64,000 bases of DNA from Eledone cirrhosa (GCA_964016885.1 OZ024756.1:13020001-13084000); one strand, 5' to 3'. Counted from the stretch's first letter, positions 23,436-36,874 are shown. Translations and numbers: made by a program. The notes: generated by a model not told the origin, from the sequence alone.

Positions 23436-24130
23436 GACCAGCTAGTCCTCATTCTCCCAGTGGAACAAGTAATAAATGTATAGACTGGACTATTAGCTCT
23501 GGGTGGAGTCTGACTCGACCAGCTAGTCCTTATTCTCCCAGTGGAACAAGTAATAAATGTATAGACTGGACTATTAGCTCTGGGTGGAGTCTGACCCGAC
23601 CAGCTAGTCCTCATTCTCCCAGTGGAACAAGTAATAAATGTATAGACTGGACTATTAGTTCTGGGTGGAGTCTGACTCGACCAGCTAGTCCTTATTCTCC
23701 CAGTGGAACAATAAATGTATAGACTGGACTATTAGCTCTGGGTGGAGTATGACCTGACCAGCTAGTCCTCATTCTCCCAGTGGAACAAGTAATAAATGTA
23801 TAGACTGGACTATTAGTTCTGGGTGGAGTCTGACTCGACCAGCTAGTCCTTATTCTCCCAGTGGAACAATAAATGTATAGACTGGACTATTAGTTCTGGG
23901 TGGAGTATGACCTGACCAGCTAGTCCTCACTCTCCCAGTGGAACAATAAATGTATAGACTGGACTATTAGTTCTGGGTGGAGTCTGACTCGACCAGCTAG
24001 TCCTCATTCTCCCAGTGGAACAATAAATGTATAGACTGGACTATTAGCTCTGGGTGGAGTATGACCTGACCAGCTAGTCCTCATTCTCCCAGTGGAATGA
24101 TTATTAGCTCTGAGTGGAGTCTGACCTGAC
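23436..24130. repeat. 81/77-bp minisatellite, ~8-9 copies
   Basis: Unit GACCAGCTAGTCCTCATTCTCCCAGTGGAACAAGTAATAAATGTATAGACTGGACTATTAGCTCTGGGTGGAGTCTGACTC. Confidence 0.93.
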
Positions 24131-24574
24131 AATTTTTAACACAAAAAATATGTAAATAACCAATCATTGTTCACAAAACTCAACTTTTGCTGCCTAATCC
24201 ATCTGAAACTCTTTATTAGACACATGACACAAACAATTTCAAGTTTTCATTTCACTCAAATGTGTATACTGGAAATTCTAGTGTCAAACAAAAATTCAAT
24301 AAAACTAACTTGTGAAAATATGTTGTTTGTTTTAAATGAATGCAAATATCATTAAAACAAGGCTCCCACATACCAACAGTGAAGGTCACAAGAAACTGGT
24401 ATTTCACTTGGCCAAAAATATATTTGCAGGGCAAGATTTGTTGAGATCTTCTGTAGCTGGAACAAACTTGTCTTAATATAATCTTGAAGTTTTCTTCTGT
24501 TAAAATCTGTAAAATGTGTCTGTAATTTGTTTTTCCCAATATTTTTCTTCAAAATAAGGGAATCTTATAAACAG

Positions 24575-25030
24575 CATGTCATATAACCAGTGTATTGTAT
24601 AAACCAGCCTGTCATATACACCCATGTGTTGTATACATTGAGTGTATAAACCAGCATGCCATATATACCAGTGTGTTGTACACTTATGAGTGTATACACC
24701 CCAAGCCTCATATAACCAGTGTGTTATATACACTTATGAGTATATACAACACATGGATGTATACACCATGTCATATATACACCAGTGTTGTATACACCAT
24801 CATGTCATATATACACTAGGGTGTTGTATACAACATGTCATATATATACCAGTGTGTTGTATACATGTCACATTGACACCAGGGTGTTGTATACACCATC
24901 ATGTCATATATACACCAGTGTGTTGTATACACCATCATGTCATATATACACCAGTTTGTTGTATACACCATCATGTCATATATACACCAGTGTGTTGTAT
25001 ACACCATCATGTCATATATACACCAGGGTA
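24575..25030. repeat. Degenerate ~36-39-bp minisatellite
   Basis: CATGTCATATATACACCAGTGTGTTGTATACACCAT units. Confidence 0.85.
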
Positions 25031-25158
25031 TCCTAAAAATGTGATGATAAGTTAAAGAAAGATAAACAAATTAAAGAAGTCAACAGAGAAAAGTGAATTT
25101 ATTGTTGGAAGAGAGGATTGGATAAATCAGTGAACTCCTTCCTGCTGCTCTTGCTGAT

Positions 25159-25403
25159 CATGATGAGAAGCTAGGGTGTGTGTGTGTCATGATGAGAAGC
25201 TAGGGTGTGTGTGTGTGTGTGTGTGTCATGATGAGAAGCTAGGGTGTCTGTGTGTGTGTATGTGTGTCATGATGAGAAGCTAGGGTGTCTGTGTGTGTGT
25301 ATGTGTGTCATGATGAGAAGCTAGGGTGTGTGTGTGTATGTGTGTCATGATGAGAAGCTAGGGTGTCTGTGTGTGTGTATGTGTGTCATGATGAGAAACT
25401 AGG

Positions 25404-25435
<32 letters not shown>

Positions 25436-25491
25436 CATGATAAGAAGCTAGGGTGTCTGTGTGTGTGTGTGTGTCATGATGAGAAGCTAGG

Positions 25492-25523
<32 letters not shown>

Positions 25524-25688
25524 CATGATAAGAAGCTAGGGTGTCTGTGTGTGTGTGTGTGTCATGATGAGAAGCTAGGGTGTCTGTGTGTGTGTGTGTC
25601 ATGATGAGAAACTAGGGTGTGTGTGTGTGTGTGTCATGATGAGAAGCTAGGGTGTCTGTGTGTGTGTGTGTCATGATGAGAAACTAGG

Positions 25689-25720
<32 letters not shown>

Positions 25721-26160
25721 CATGATAAGAAGCTAGGGTGTCTGTGTGTGTGTGTGTGTCATGATGAGAAGCTAGGGTGTCTGTGTGTGTGTGTGTCATG
25801 ATGAGAAACTAGGGTGTGTGTGTGTGTGTGTCATGATGAGAAGCTAGGGTGTCTGTGTGTGTGTGTGTCATGATGAGAAACTAGGGTGTCTGTGTGTGTG
25901 TGTGTGTCATGATGAGAAGCTAGGGTGTCTGTGTGTGTGTGTGTCATGATGAGAAACTAGGGTGTGTGTGTGTGTGTGTCATGATGAGAAGCTAGGGTGT
26001 CTGTGTGTGTGTGTATGTGTGTCATGATGAGAAGCTAGGGTGTCTGTGTGTGTGTATGTGTCATGATGAGAAGCTAGGGTGTCTGTGTGTGTGTATGTGT
26101 GTGTCATGATGAGAAGCTAGGGTGTCTGTGTGTGTGTGTGTGTCATGATGAGAAGCTAGG

Positions 26161-26192
<32 letters not shown>

Positions 26193-29100
26193 CATGATGA
26201 GAAGCTAGGGTGTGTGTGTGTGTGTGTCATGATGAGAAGCTAGGGTGTCTGTGTGTGTGTGTCATGATGAGAAGCTAGGGTGTCTGTGTGTGTGTGTCAT
26301 GATGAGAAACTAGGGTGTCTGTGTGTGTGTGTCATGATGAGAAGCTAGGGTGTCTGTGTGTGTGTGTCATGATGAGAAGCTAGGGTGTGTGTGTGTGTGT
26401 GTCATGATGAGAAGCTAGGGTGTCTGTGTGTGTGTGTCATGATGAGAAGCTAGGGTGTCTGTGTGTGTGTGTGTGTGTGTCATGATGAGAAACTAGGGTG
26501 TCTGTGTGTGTGTGTCATGATGAGAACTAGGGTGTCTGTGTGTGTGTGTCATGATGAGAAGCTAGGGTGTCTGTGTGTGTGTGTCATGATGAGAAACTAG
26601 GGTGTCTGTGTGTGTGTGTCATGATGAGAAGCTAGGGTGTGTGTGTGTGTGTGTCATGATGAGAAGCTAGGGTGTCTGTGTGTGTGTGTCATGATGAGAA
26701 GCTAGGGTGTGTGTGTGTGTGTGTGTCATGATGAGAAGCTAGGGTGTCTGTGTGTGTGTGTCATGATGAGAAGCTAGGGTGTGTGTGTGTGTGTGTCATG
26801 ATGAGAAGCTAGGGTGTCTGTGTGTGTGTGTCATGATGAGAAGCTAGGGTGTGTGTGTGTGTGTGTCATGATGAGAAGCTAGGGTGTCTGTGTGTGTGTG
26901 TCATGATGAGAAGCTAGGGTGTGTGTGTGTGTGTGTGTCATGATGAGAAGCTAGGGTGTCTGTGTGTGTGTGTCATGATGAGAAGCTAGGGTGTGTGTGT
27001 GTGTGTGTCATGATGAGAAGCTAGGGTGTCTGTGTGTGTGTGTCATGATGAGAAGCTAGGGTGTGTGTGTGTGTGTGTCATGATGAGAAACTAGGGTGTG
27101 TGTGTGTGTGTGTCATGATGAGAAGCTAGGGTGTGTGTGTGTGTGTGTCATGATGAGAAGCTAGGGTGTCTGTGTGTGTGTGTGTCATGATGAGAAGCTA
27201 GGGTGTCTGTGTGTGTGTGTCATGATGAGAAACTAGGGTGTGTGTGTGTGTGTGTCATGATGAGAAACTAGGGTGTGTGTGTGTGTGTGTGTCATGATGA
27301 GAAGCTAGGGTGTCTGTGTGTGTGTGTCATGATGAGAAACTAGGGTGTCTGTGTGTGTGTGTCATGATGAGAAACTAGGGTGTGTGTGTGTGTGTGTCAT
27401 GATGAGAAGCTAGGGTGTCTGTGTGTGTGTGTGTGTGTCATGATGAGAAGCTAGGGTGTCTGTGTGTGTGTGTGTCATGATGAGAAGCTAGGGTGTCTGT
27501 GTGTGTGTGTCATGATGAGAAACTAGGGTGTGTGTGTGTGTGTGTCATGATGAGAAACTAGGGTGTCTGTGTGTGTGTGTGTGTGTGTGTCATGATGAGA
27601 AACTAGGGTGTCTGTGTGTGTGTGTGTGTGTGTGTCATGATGAGAAGCTAGGGTGTCTGTGTGTGTGTATGTGTGTCATGATGAGAAACTAGGGTGTCTG
27701 TGTGTGTGTGTGTGTGTCATGATGAGAAGCTAGGGTGTCTGTGTGTGTGTGTGTGTCATGATGAGAAACTAGGGTGTGTGTGTGTGTGTGTCATGATGAG
27801 AAGCTAGGGTGTCTGTGTGTGTGTGTGTCATGATGAGAAGCTAGGGTGTCTGTGTGTGTGTGTGTGTGTCATGATGAGAAACTAGGGTGTCTGTGTGTGT
27901 GTGTGTCATGATGAGAAGCTAGGGTGTCTGTGTGTGTGTATGTGTGTCATGATGAGAAACTAGGGTGTCTGTGTGTGTGTGTGTGTGTCATGATGAGAAG
28001 CTAGGGTGTCTGTGTGTGTGTGTGTGTGTCATGATGAGAAACTAGGGTGTGTGTGTGTGTGTGTCATGATGAGAAGCTAGGGTGTCTGTGTGTGTGTGTG
28101 TCATGATGAGAAGCTAGGGTGTCTGTGTGTGTGTGTCATGATGAGAAACTAGGGTGTCTGTGTGTGTGTGTGTGTGTCATGATGAGAAGCTAGGGTGTCT
28201 GTGTGTGTGTGTGTGTGTGTCATGATGAGAAACTAGGGTGTCTGTGTGTGTGTGTGTGTGTCATGATGAGAAGCTAGGGTGTCTGTGTGTGTGTGTGTGT
28301 GTGTCATGATGAGAAGCTAGGGTGTCTGTGTGTGTGTGTCATGATGAGAAACTAGGGTATCTGTGTGTGTGTCATGATGAGAAACTAGGGTATCTGTGTG
28401 TGTGTCATGATGAGAAGCTAGGGTGTCTGTGTGTGTGTGTGTGTGTGTCATGATGAGAAGCTAGGGTGTCTGTGTGTGTGTGTCATGATGAGAAACTAGG
28501 GTGTCTGTGTGTGTGTGTGTGTGTCATGATGAGAAGCTAGGGTGTCTGTGTGTGTGTGTGTCATGATGAGAAGCTAGGGTATCTGTGTGTGTGTCATGAT
28601 GAGAAGCTAGGGTATCTGTGTGTGTGTGTCATGATGAGAAACTAGGGTGTGTGTGTGTGTGTGTCATGATGAGAAGCTAGGGTGTCTGTGTGTGTGTGTG
28701 TGTCATGATGAGAAGCTAGGGTGTCTGTGTGTGTGTGTGTCATGATGAGAAACTAGGGTGTGTGTGTGTGTGTGTGTCATGATGAGAAACTAGGGTGTCT
28801 GTGTGTGTGTGTGTCATGATGAGAAACTAGGGTGTCTGTGTGTGTGTGTGTCATGATGAGAAGCTAGGGTATCTGTGTGTGTGTGTCATGATGAGAAACT
28901 AGGGTGTGTGTGTGTGTGTGTCATGATGAGAAGCTAGGGTGTCTGTGTGTGTGTGTCATGATGAGAAACTAGGGTGTGTGTGTGTGTGTGTCATGATGAG
29001 AAACTAGGGTGTGTGTGTGTGTGTGTCATGATGAGAAGCTAGGGTGTCTGTGTGTGTGTGTGTCATGATGAGAAGCTAGGGTGTCTGTGTGTGTGTGTCA

Positions 29101-32100
29101 TGATGAGAAACTAGGGTGTGTGTGTGTGTGTGTCATGATGAGAAACTAGGGTGTGTGTGTGTGTGTGTCATGATGAGAAGCTAGGGTGTCTGTGTGTGTG
29201 TGTGTCATGATGAGAAGCTAGGGTGTCTGTGTGTGTGTGTCATGATGAGAAACTAGGGTGTCTGTGTGTGTGTGTCATGATGAGAAGCTAGGGTGTCTGT
29301 GTGTGTCGTGTGTGTGTGTCATGATGAGAAACTAGGGTGTCTGTGTGTGTGTGTCATGATGAGAAACTAGGGTGTCTGTGTGTGTGTGTGTGTGTGTCAT
29401 GATGAGAAACTAGGGTGTGTGTGTGTGTGTGTCATGATGAGAAACTAGGGTGTCTGTGTGTGTGTGTCATGATGAGAAACTAGGGTGTGTGTGTGTGTGT
29501 GTCATGATGAGAAGCTAGGGTGTCTGTGTGTGTGTGTCATGATGAGAAACTAGGGTGTGTGTGTGTGTGTGTCATGATGAGAAGCTAGGGTGTCTGTGTG
29601 TGTGTGTCATGATGAGAAACTAGGGTGTGTGTGTGTGTGTGTCATGATGAGAAGCTAGGGTGTGTGTGTGTGTGTGTCATGATGAGAAACTAGGGGTCTG
29701 TGTGTGTGTGTGTGTGTGTCATGATGAGAAACTAGGGTGTCTGTGTGTGTGTGTCATGATGAGAAGCTAGGGTGTCTGTGTGTGTGTGTCATGATGAGAA
29801 ACTAGGGTGTGTGTGTGTGTGTGTCATGATGAGAAACTAGGGTGTCTGTGTGTGTGTGTGTGTGTGTCATGATGAGAAACTAGGGTGTGTGTGTGTGTGT
29901 GTCATGATGAGAAACTAGGGTGTCTGTGTGTGTGTGTCATGATGAGAAACTAGGGTGTCTGTGTGTGTGTATGTCATGATGAGAAGCTAGGGTGTCTGTG
30001 TGTGTGTGTGTGTGTGTCATGATGAGAAACTAGGGTGTCTGTGTGTGTGTGTCATGATGAGAAACTAGGGTGTCTGTGTGTGTGTGTCATGATGAGAAGC
30101 TAGGGTGTCTGTGTGTGTGTGTCATGATGAGAAACTAGGGTGTCTGTGTGTGTGTGTCATGATGAGAAACTAGGGTGTCTGTGTGTGTGTGTGTGTGTGT
30201 CATGATGAGAAACTAGGGTGTCTGTGTGTGTGTGTGTGTGTGTCATGATGAGAAACTAGGGTGTCTGTGTGTGTGTGTCATGATGAGAAACTAGGGTGTC
30301 TGTGTGTGTGTATGTCATGATGAGAAGCTAGGGTGTCTGTGTGTGTGTGTGTGTGTGTCATGATGAGAAACTAGGGTGTCTGTGTGTGTGTGTCATGATG
30401 AGAAACTAGGGTGTCTGTGTGTGTGTGTGTGTGTGTCATGATGAGAAGCTAGGGTGTCTGTGTGTGTGTGTCATGATGAGAAGCTAGGGTGTCTGTGTGT
30501 GTGTGTCATGATGAGAAACTAGGGTGTCTGTGTGTGTGTGTGTGTGTGTCATGATGAGAAACTAGGGTGTCTGTGTGTGTGTGTGTGTGTGTCATGATGA
30601 GAAACTAGGGTGTCTGTGTGTGTGTGTCATGATGAGAAGCTAGGGTGTCTGTGTGTGTGTGTCATGATGAGAAACTAGGGTGTCTGTGTGTGTGTGTCAT
30701 GATGAGAAACTAGGGTGTCTGTGTGTGTGTATGTCATGATGAGAAGCTAGGGTGTCTGTGTGTGTGTGTGTGTGTGTCATGATGAGAAACTAGGGTGTCT
30801 GTGTGTGTGTGTCATGATGAGAAACTAGGGTGTCTGTGTGTGTGTGTCATGATGAGAAGCTAGGGTGTCTGTGTGTGTGTGTCATGATGAGAAACTAGGG
30901 TGTCTGTGTGTGTGTGTCATGATGAGAAGCTAGGGTGTCTGTGTGTGTGTGTCATGATGAGAAGCTAGGGTGTCTGTGTGTGTGTGTCATGATGAGAAGC
31001 TAGGGTGTCTGTGTGTGTGTATGTGTGTGTCATGATGAGAAACTAGGGTGTCTGTGTGTGTGTGTCATGATGAGAAACTAGGGTGTCTGTGTGTGTGTGT
31101 CATGATGAGAAACTAGGGTGTCTGTGTGTGTGTGTGTGTGTGTCATGATGAGAAACTAGGGTGTCTGTGTGTGTGTGTCATGATGAGAAACTAGGGTGTC
31201 TGTGTGTGTGTGTCATGATGAGAAGCTAGGGTGTCTGTGTGTGTGTGTCATGATGAGAAGCTAGGGTGTCTGTGTGTGTGTGTCATGATGAGAAGCTAGG
31301 GTGTCTGTGTGTGTGTGTCATGATGAGAAACTAGGGTGTCTGTGTGTGTGTATGTGTGTGTCATGATGAGAAACTAGGGTGTCTGTGTGTGTGTGTCATG
31401 ATGAGAAACTAGGGTGTCTGTGTGTGTGTGTGTGTGTGTCATGATGAGAAACTAGGGTGTCTGTGTGTGTGTGTCATGATGAGAAACTAGGGTGTCTGTG
31501 TGTGTGTGTCATGATGAGAAGCTAGGGTGTCTGTGTGTGTGTGTGTCATGATGAGAAGCTAGGGTGTCTGTGTGTGTGTGTCATGATGAGAAGCTAGGGT
31601 GTCTGTGTGTGTGTGTCATGATGAGAAACTAGGGTGTCTGTGTGTGTGTATGTGTGTGTCATGATGAGAAACTAGGGTGTCTGTGTGTGTGTGTGTGTGT
31701 CATGATGAGAAGCTAGGGTGTCTGTGTGTGTGTATGTGTGTGTGTCATGATGAGAAACTAGGGTGTCTGTGTGTGTGTGTCATGATGAGAAGCTAGGGTG
31801 TCTGTGTGTGTGTATGTGTGTCATGATGAGAAACTAGGGTGTCTGTGTGTGTGTGTCATGATGAGAAACTAGGGTGTCTGTGTGTGTGTGTCATGATGAG
31901 AAACTAGGGTGTCTGTGTGTGTGTGTCATGATGAGAAACTAGGGTGTCTGTGTGTGTGTATGTGTGTCATGATGAGAAACTAGGGTGTCTGTGTGTGTGT
32001 GTGTGTGTCATGATGAGAAGCTAGGGTGTCTGTGTGTGTGTATGTGTGTCATGATGAGAAACTAGGGTGTCTGTGTGTGTGTGTCATGATGAGAAGCTAG

Positions 32101-33912
32101 GGTGTCTGTGTGTGTGTATGTGTGTCATGATGAGAAACTAGGGTGTCTGTGTGTGTGTGTCATGATGAGAAACTAGGGTGTCTGTGTGTGTGTGTCATGA
32201 TGAGAAACTAGGGTGTCTGTGTGTGTGTGTCATGATGAGAAACTAGGGTGTCTGTGTGTGTGTGTCATGATGAGAAACTAGGGTGTCTGTGTGTGTGTAT
32301 GTGTGTCATGATGAGAAACTAGGGTGTCTGTGTGTGTGTGTCATGATGAGAAGCTAGGGTGTCTGTGTGTGTGTGTCATGATGAGAAACTAGGGTGTCTG
32401 TGTGTGTGTGTCATGATGAGAAACTAGGGTGTCTGTGTGTGTGTATGTGTGTCATGATGAGAAACTAGGGTGTCTGTGTGTGTGTGTCATGATGAGAAGC
32501 TAGGGTGTCTGTGTGTGTGTGTCATGATGAGAAACTAGGGTGTCTGTGTGTGTGTGTCATGATGAGAAGCTAGGGTGTCTGTGTGTGTGTGTCATGATGA
32601 GAAACTAGGGTGTCTGTGTGTGTGTGTCATGATGAGAAGCTAGGGTGTCTGTGTGTGTGTGTCATGATGAGAAACTAGGGTGTCTGTGTATGTGTGTCAT
32701 GATGAGAAACTAGGGTGTCTGTGTGTGTGTGTCATGATGAGAAGCTAGGGTGTCTGTGTGTGTGTGTCATGATGAGAAGCTAGGGTGTCTGTGTGTGTGT
32801 GTCATGATGAGAAGCTAGGGTGTCTGTGTGTGTGTGTCATGATGAGAAGCTAGGGTGTCTGTGTGTGTGTATGTGTGTGTCATGATGAGAAACTAGGGTG
32901 TCTGTGTGTGTGTGTGTGTGTCATGATGAGAAACTAGGGTGTCTGTGTGTGTGTGTCATGATGAGAAGCTAGGGTGTCTGTGTGTGTGTGTCATGATGAG
33001 AAACTAGGGTGTCTGTGTGTGTGTATGTGTGTCATGATGAGAAACTAGGGTGTCTGTGTGTGTGTATGTGTGTCATGATGAGAAACTAGGGTGTCTGTGT
33101 GTGTGTGTCATGATGAGAAACTAGGGTGTCTGTGTGTGTGTGTCATGATGAGAAGCTAGGGTGTCTGTGTGTGTGTGTCATGATGAGAAGCTAGGGTGTC
33201 TGTGTGTGTGTGTCATGATGAGAAACTAGGGTGTCTGTGTGTGTGTGTCATGATGAGAAACTAGGGTGTCTGTGTGTGTGTGTCATGATGAGAAGCTAGG
33301 GTGTCTGTGTGTGTGTGTCATGATGAGAAGCTAGGGTGTCTGTGTGTGTGTGTCATGATGAGAAACTAGGGTGTCTGTGTGTGTGTATGTGTGTCATGAT
33401 GAGAAACTAGGGTGTCTGTGTGTGTGTGTCATGATGAGAAACTAGGGTGTCTGTGTGTGTGTGTCATGATGAGAAACTAGGGTGTCTGTGTGTGTGTATG
33501 TGTGTCATGATGAGAAACTAGGGTGTCTGTGTGTGTGTATGTGTGTGTCATGATGAGAAACTAGGGTGTCTGTGTGTGTGTATGTGTGTCATGATGAGAA
33601 GCTAGGGTGTCTGTGTGTGTGTGTGTGTGTGTGTCATGATGAGAAGCTAGGGTGTCTGTGTGTGTGTGTGTGTGTCATGATGAGAAGCTAGGGTGTCTGT
33701 GTGTGTATGTGTCATGATGAGAAACTAGGGTATCTGTGTGTGTGTGTGTCATGATGAGAAACTAGGGTGTCTGTGTGTGTGTATGTGTGTCATGATAAGA
33801 AGCTAGGGTGTCTGTGTGTGTATGTGTGCGATGATGAGAAACTAGGGTATCTGTGTGTGTGTGTGTGTGTCATGATGAGAAACTAGGGTATCTGTGTGTG
33901 TGTGTATGTGTG
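25159..33912. repeat. 8.7-kb compound minisatellite: constant CATGATGAGAA(G/A)CTAGGG plus variable (TG)n
   Basis: Directly visible; modal unit 35 bp, roughly 230 units (estimated from length). Confidence 0.97.
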
Positions 33913-33934
33913 TTTATCTCTAAGTCTAAAGTCT

Positions 33935-34195
33935 GGCTCAAGCCAGGACGCTCATCAGGTTGGTGCTTATCCTAGTTTCATGGCATGAAGCGACTGAGAG
34001 TACAATACTCCCCCCTGGACAGGACGCCAGTCCATCACAAGGTTAAACTCCCAGCCATTGCTGGTACTCATTTTCAGTTGAGTATACTGGAGCAACATGA
34101 AATGAAGTGTATTGCTCAAGAACACAACACACAACCCAGTCTAGGAATATGGTTGTAAGCCCAACACCCTTACCACGAGGCCACACGCTTCCATG
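33935..34195 (-). mobile_element. tRNA-derived CORE-like SINE (different 3' tail)
   Basis: Minus strand GGAAGCGTGTGGCCTCGTGGTAAGG...TTCTTGAGCAATACACTTCATTTCATGTTGCTCCAG; related copy at 44605-44915. Confidence 0.7.
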
Positions 34196-34197
34196 TG

Positions 34198-34246
<49 letters not shown>

Positions 34247-34255
34247 ATATATATG

Positions 34256-34391
34256 TATAAATAAACACAGTAAATTTTGTGTCTAAAATTACGAGGGTAT
34301 AAGATACCACTAATGTTTTAAATGTTTTAAATTACAAGGGTATCTTATACCCTTGTAATTTTAAACATGAAATTTACTGTGTTTATTTATA
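34256..34391. repeat. Foldback inverted repeat with ~50-bp arms
   Basis: AAATAAACACAGTAAATTT...GGGTATAAGATACC / GGTATCTTATACCC...AAATTTACTGTGTTTATTT. Confidence 0.85.
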
Positions 34392-34409
34392 TATATATAT
34401 ATTACTATA

Positions 34410-34515
34410 TAATTGTTTCTACTTTAGGCACAAGGCCAGCAATTACCCAGTGCCTTACTGGTACTTTATTTTATCGACCCCGTAAGGATGAAAGGCAAAG
34501 TCAACCTCGGCGGGA
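34410..34515 (-). mobile_element. Nin-domain-like SINE fragment
   Basis: CTGGTACTTTATTTTATCGACCCCGTAAGGATGAAAGGCAAAG on + strand. Confidence 0.65.
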
Positions 34516-34623
34516 CTTATATAATGCTCGGTATTTATACTTTGAGCTTGTTTTAATTACAGGGTACCTATATGAGTTAATAAGTCTGTATTTTATTTGT
34601 ATATATATATATATATATATGCA

Positions 34624-34824
34624 TTAACCCTTTAGCATTTAAACCAGCCATATCTGGCCAGAATTCTCTCACCTCTTTCTGTTCAAACTAGCTGTAACTG
34701 GCTGCTGATACTGATGTTCAGGTATTGTTCTGAAAATCTCATAGATTCGATATTATGTGAGGTAAAGCCTTTACTGTGAAAATGTAATAGTATATATAGA
34801 GTAATGTAAATGCTAAAGGGTTAA
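34624..34824 (+). mobile_element. piggyBac-type MITE, best-preserved copy
   Basis: Perfect 14-bp TIR CCCTTTAGCATTTA with TTAA on both sides. Confidence 0.9.
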
Positions 34825-36811
34825 CATATATAGAGGTGAATGTATTAATATAAATATATATATATATATATGTGTGTGTATGTATATATATATGTATGTG
34901 TATGTATATATATATGTATGTGTATGTATATATATATATGCATGTGTATGTATATATATATATTCACAAACACCTACACATGCATATATATATATATATA
35001 TATTACACACACACATACATATATGCCATTATCACAAACGTTTCCAGTTTACTTGTTCATGTGATAAAATAAAAATAGTTTGTGTTGATGGGCGAGACGG
35101 GGGATGGGGGGGGGAGTAAGGAACGATGGGGTGGAGAGGGAGTGATGAGGAGAAGGATGAGTGGAGAGGGAGGTGAGAAGGGTGAAGAGGGAGAAATGAT
35201 CTGTGAGAGGAGAGGGAAGATTGAAGAAAAAAAATTCCTCTAACAATTTTTCTGGAATCTGTTCTTACAACAGATTCCAGATCTCTTCAAGCTGGAGGGG
35301 ACAGGCGTGGGAAGTTTGTAGTGATGAGGAAGAGGTTCAGAACTGTACAAGGGCTTTAAAAAAAAACCCAAAACAGGTGCACCATTTAATGCACATATCA
35401 CAAGCAGAGGCGCAGCAACATGCATGATTTGCAGGGTAGCATTAAATTGTTTTTGATGAAGAAAAAAAAAAAAAAAAAAAAAAAAAAAATTACGCTTCAA
35501 GGTTAAAATTGACTATATATAATATATAGATTCAACCATGTATAAACATGTGTATGTTATATGCATATATACATGCGTTTATGTATGTATATATATGTAT
35601 GTAAACACATAGATACATGTTTATACAAGCATGTTATACGCAAGTGTTTATATATGTATATATAAACACGTGTTTTATGTACGTGTTTCTATATGTATTT
35701 ACATATTGTATATATATATACATACATATTGTATATATATATTTACATATTGTATATTGTATATATATATATATATATACACAAGTAACAATGTTAACTG
35801 TATTGGTTTATTAACAACATGTATTTTTAAAAATAAGTTCCTCAGCTCCATAAAATCAATGGTGACAATATTGTAGGACATCATTTAGTGTCGCATACTG
35901 TCACATATTGTGGTACAACTGAGGACATCTCTTATTCTTGTCACATACTGTCACACATTGTAGTACAACAACTGGGACATCACTTATTGTAGTACACTAT
36001 AAGTGACACAATGTCACATCTTGTAATATTACAACCAGGACATCACATATTGTCAGACAACAGAGACCTCTCATATTATAGGATATCTAGAAGATCACAT
36101 GTTCACATATAGTGTAACAGATGTCACACATACTGACCTATTGCAGTACATCTATGATCACTAATATATTAGTGCAACAGATATCAGACATACTGACCTA
36201 TTGCAGTACATCTCTGGTCACTATCAAAATTAAATAATGTACAAGTCATTTATCTGCATGCTCCGATGGCGAGGCAAGCAGTGTTTGGTTCAATTCCTGT
36301 TGGCAACTTTAACTTCGTCAGTGCCGTAGACGAGATAACTCGTTCTAACATGTATGCATTCCAGTGACATGGATGAGATAACTCATCCTAACATGTTTGA
36401 GATTGTTTCCAACAGTTCATAACTTGAAAGTTATGAACTCGTTTCCAACAGTTGATAACTTCAAAGTTAGATGGGGTTTCTAGTTTATTGATGTGACATT
36501 TGTCAGTCAAAATAATCATTTTACTGACAAAAAAAAAAAACTGACACACCAACTGTAGCTGTGTAAAATACACACGGCAGTCATCATGTAAAAGCTATAT
36601 TTTTACTGTACAATCAATACACATTCCTATATGCCGTCAGAGAGAAGAACAGGGAGAAAATAAATTATAGCTGTTATTTGGTAACACAAAGGATTGGTCT
36701 TCTATCTTTGGATTATTTCAAACGAGGAAATACGAAAAATCTTTAATATAAGGATAAAATTTCAGCTCAGTCGAATTTTCAATAAAATATTCCCAAATAT
36801 ACAAATATATA

Positions 36812-36869
<58 letters not shown>

Positions 36870-36874
36870 TGGTT

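Noticed and set aside
25159-33912. CRISPR-like repeat-spacer array
   Set aside because: The spacers are only (TG)n length variants, not unique sequences; no cas genes; eukaryotic context
25159-33912. Tandem C/D snoRNA cluster (ATGATGA is box C) or telomeric repeat (CTAGGG)
   Set aside because: No CTGA box D or guide sequence in the units; no tandem TTAGGG
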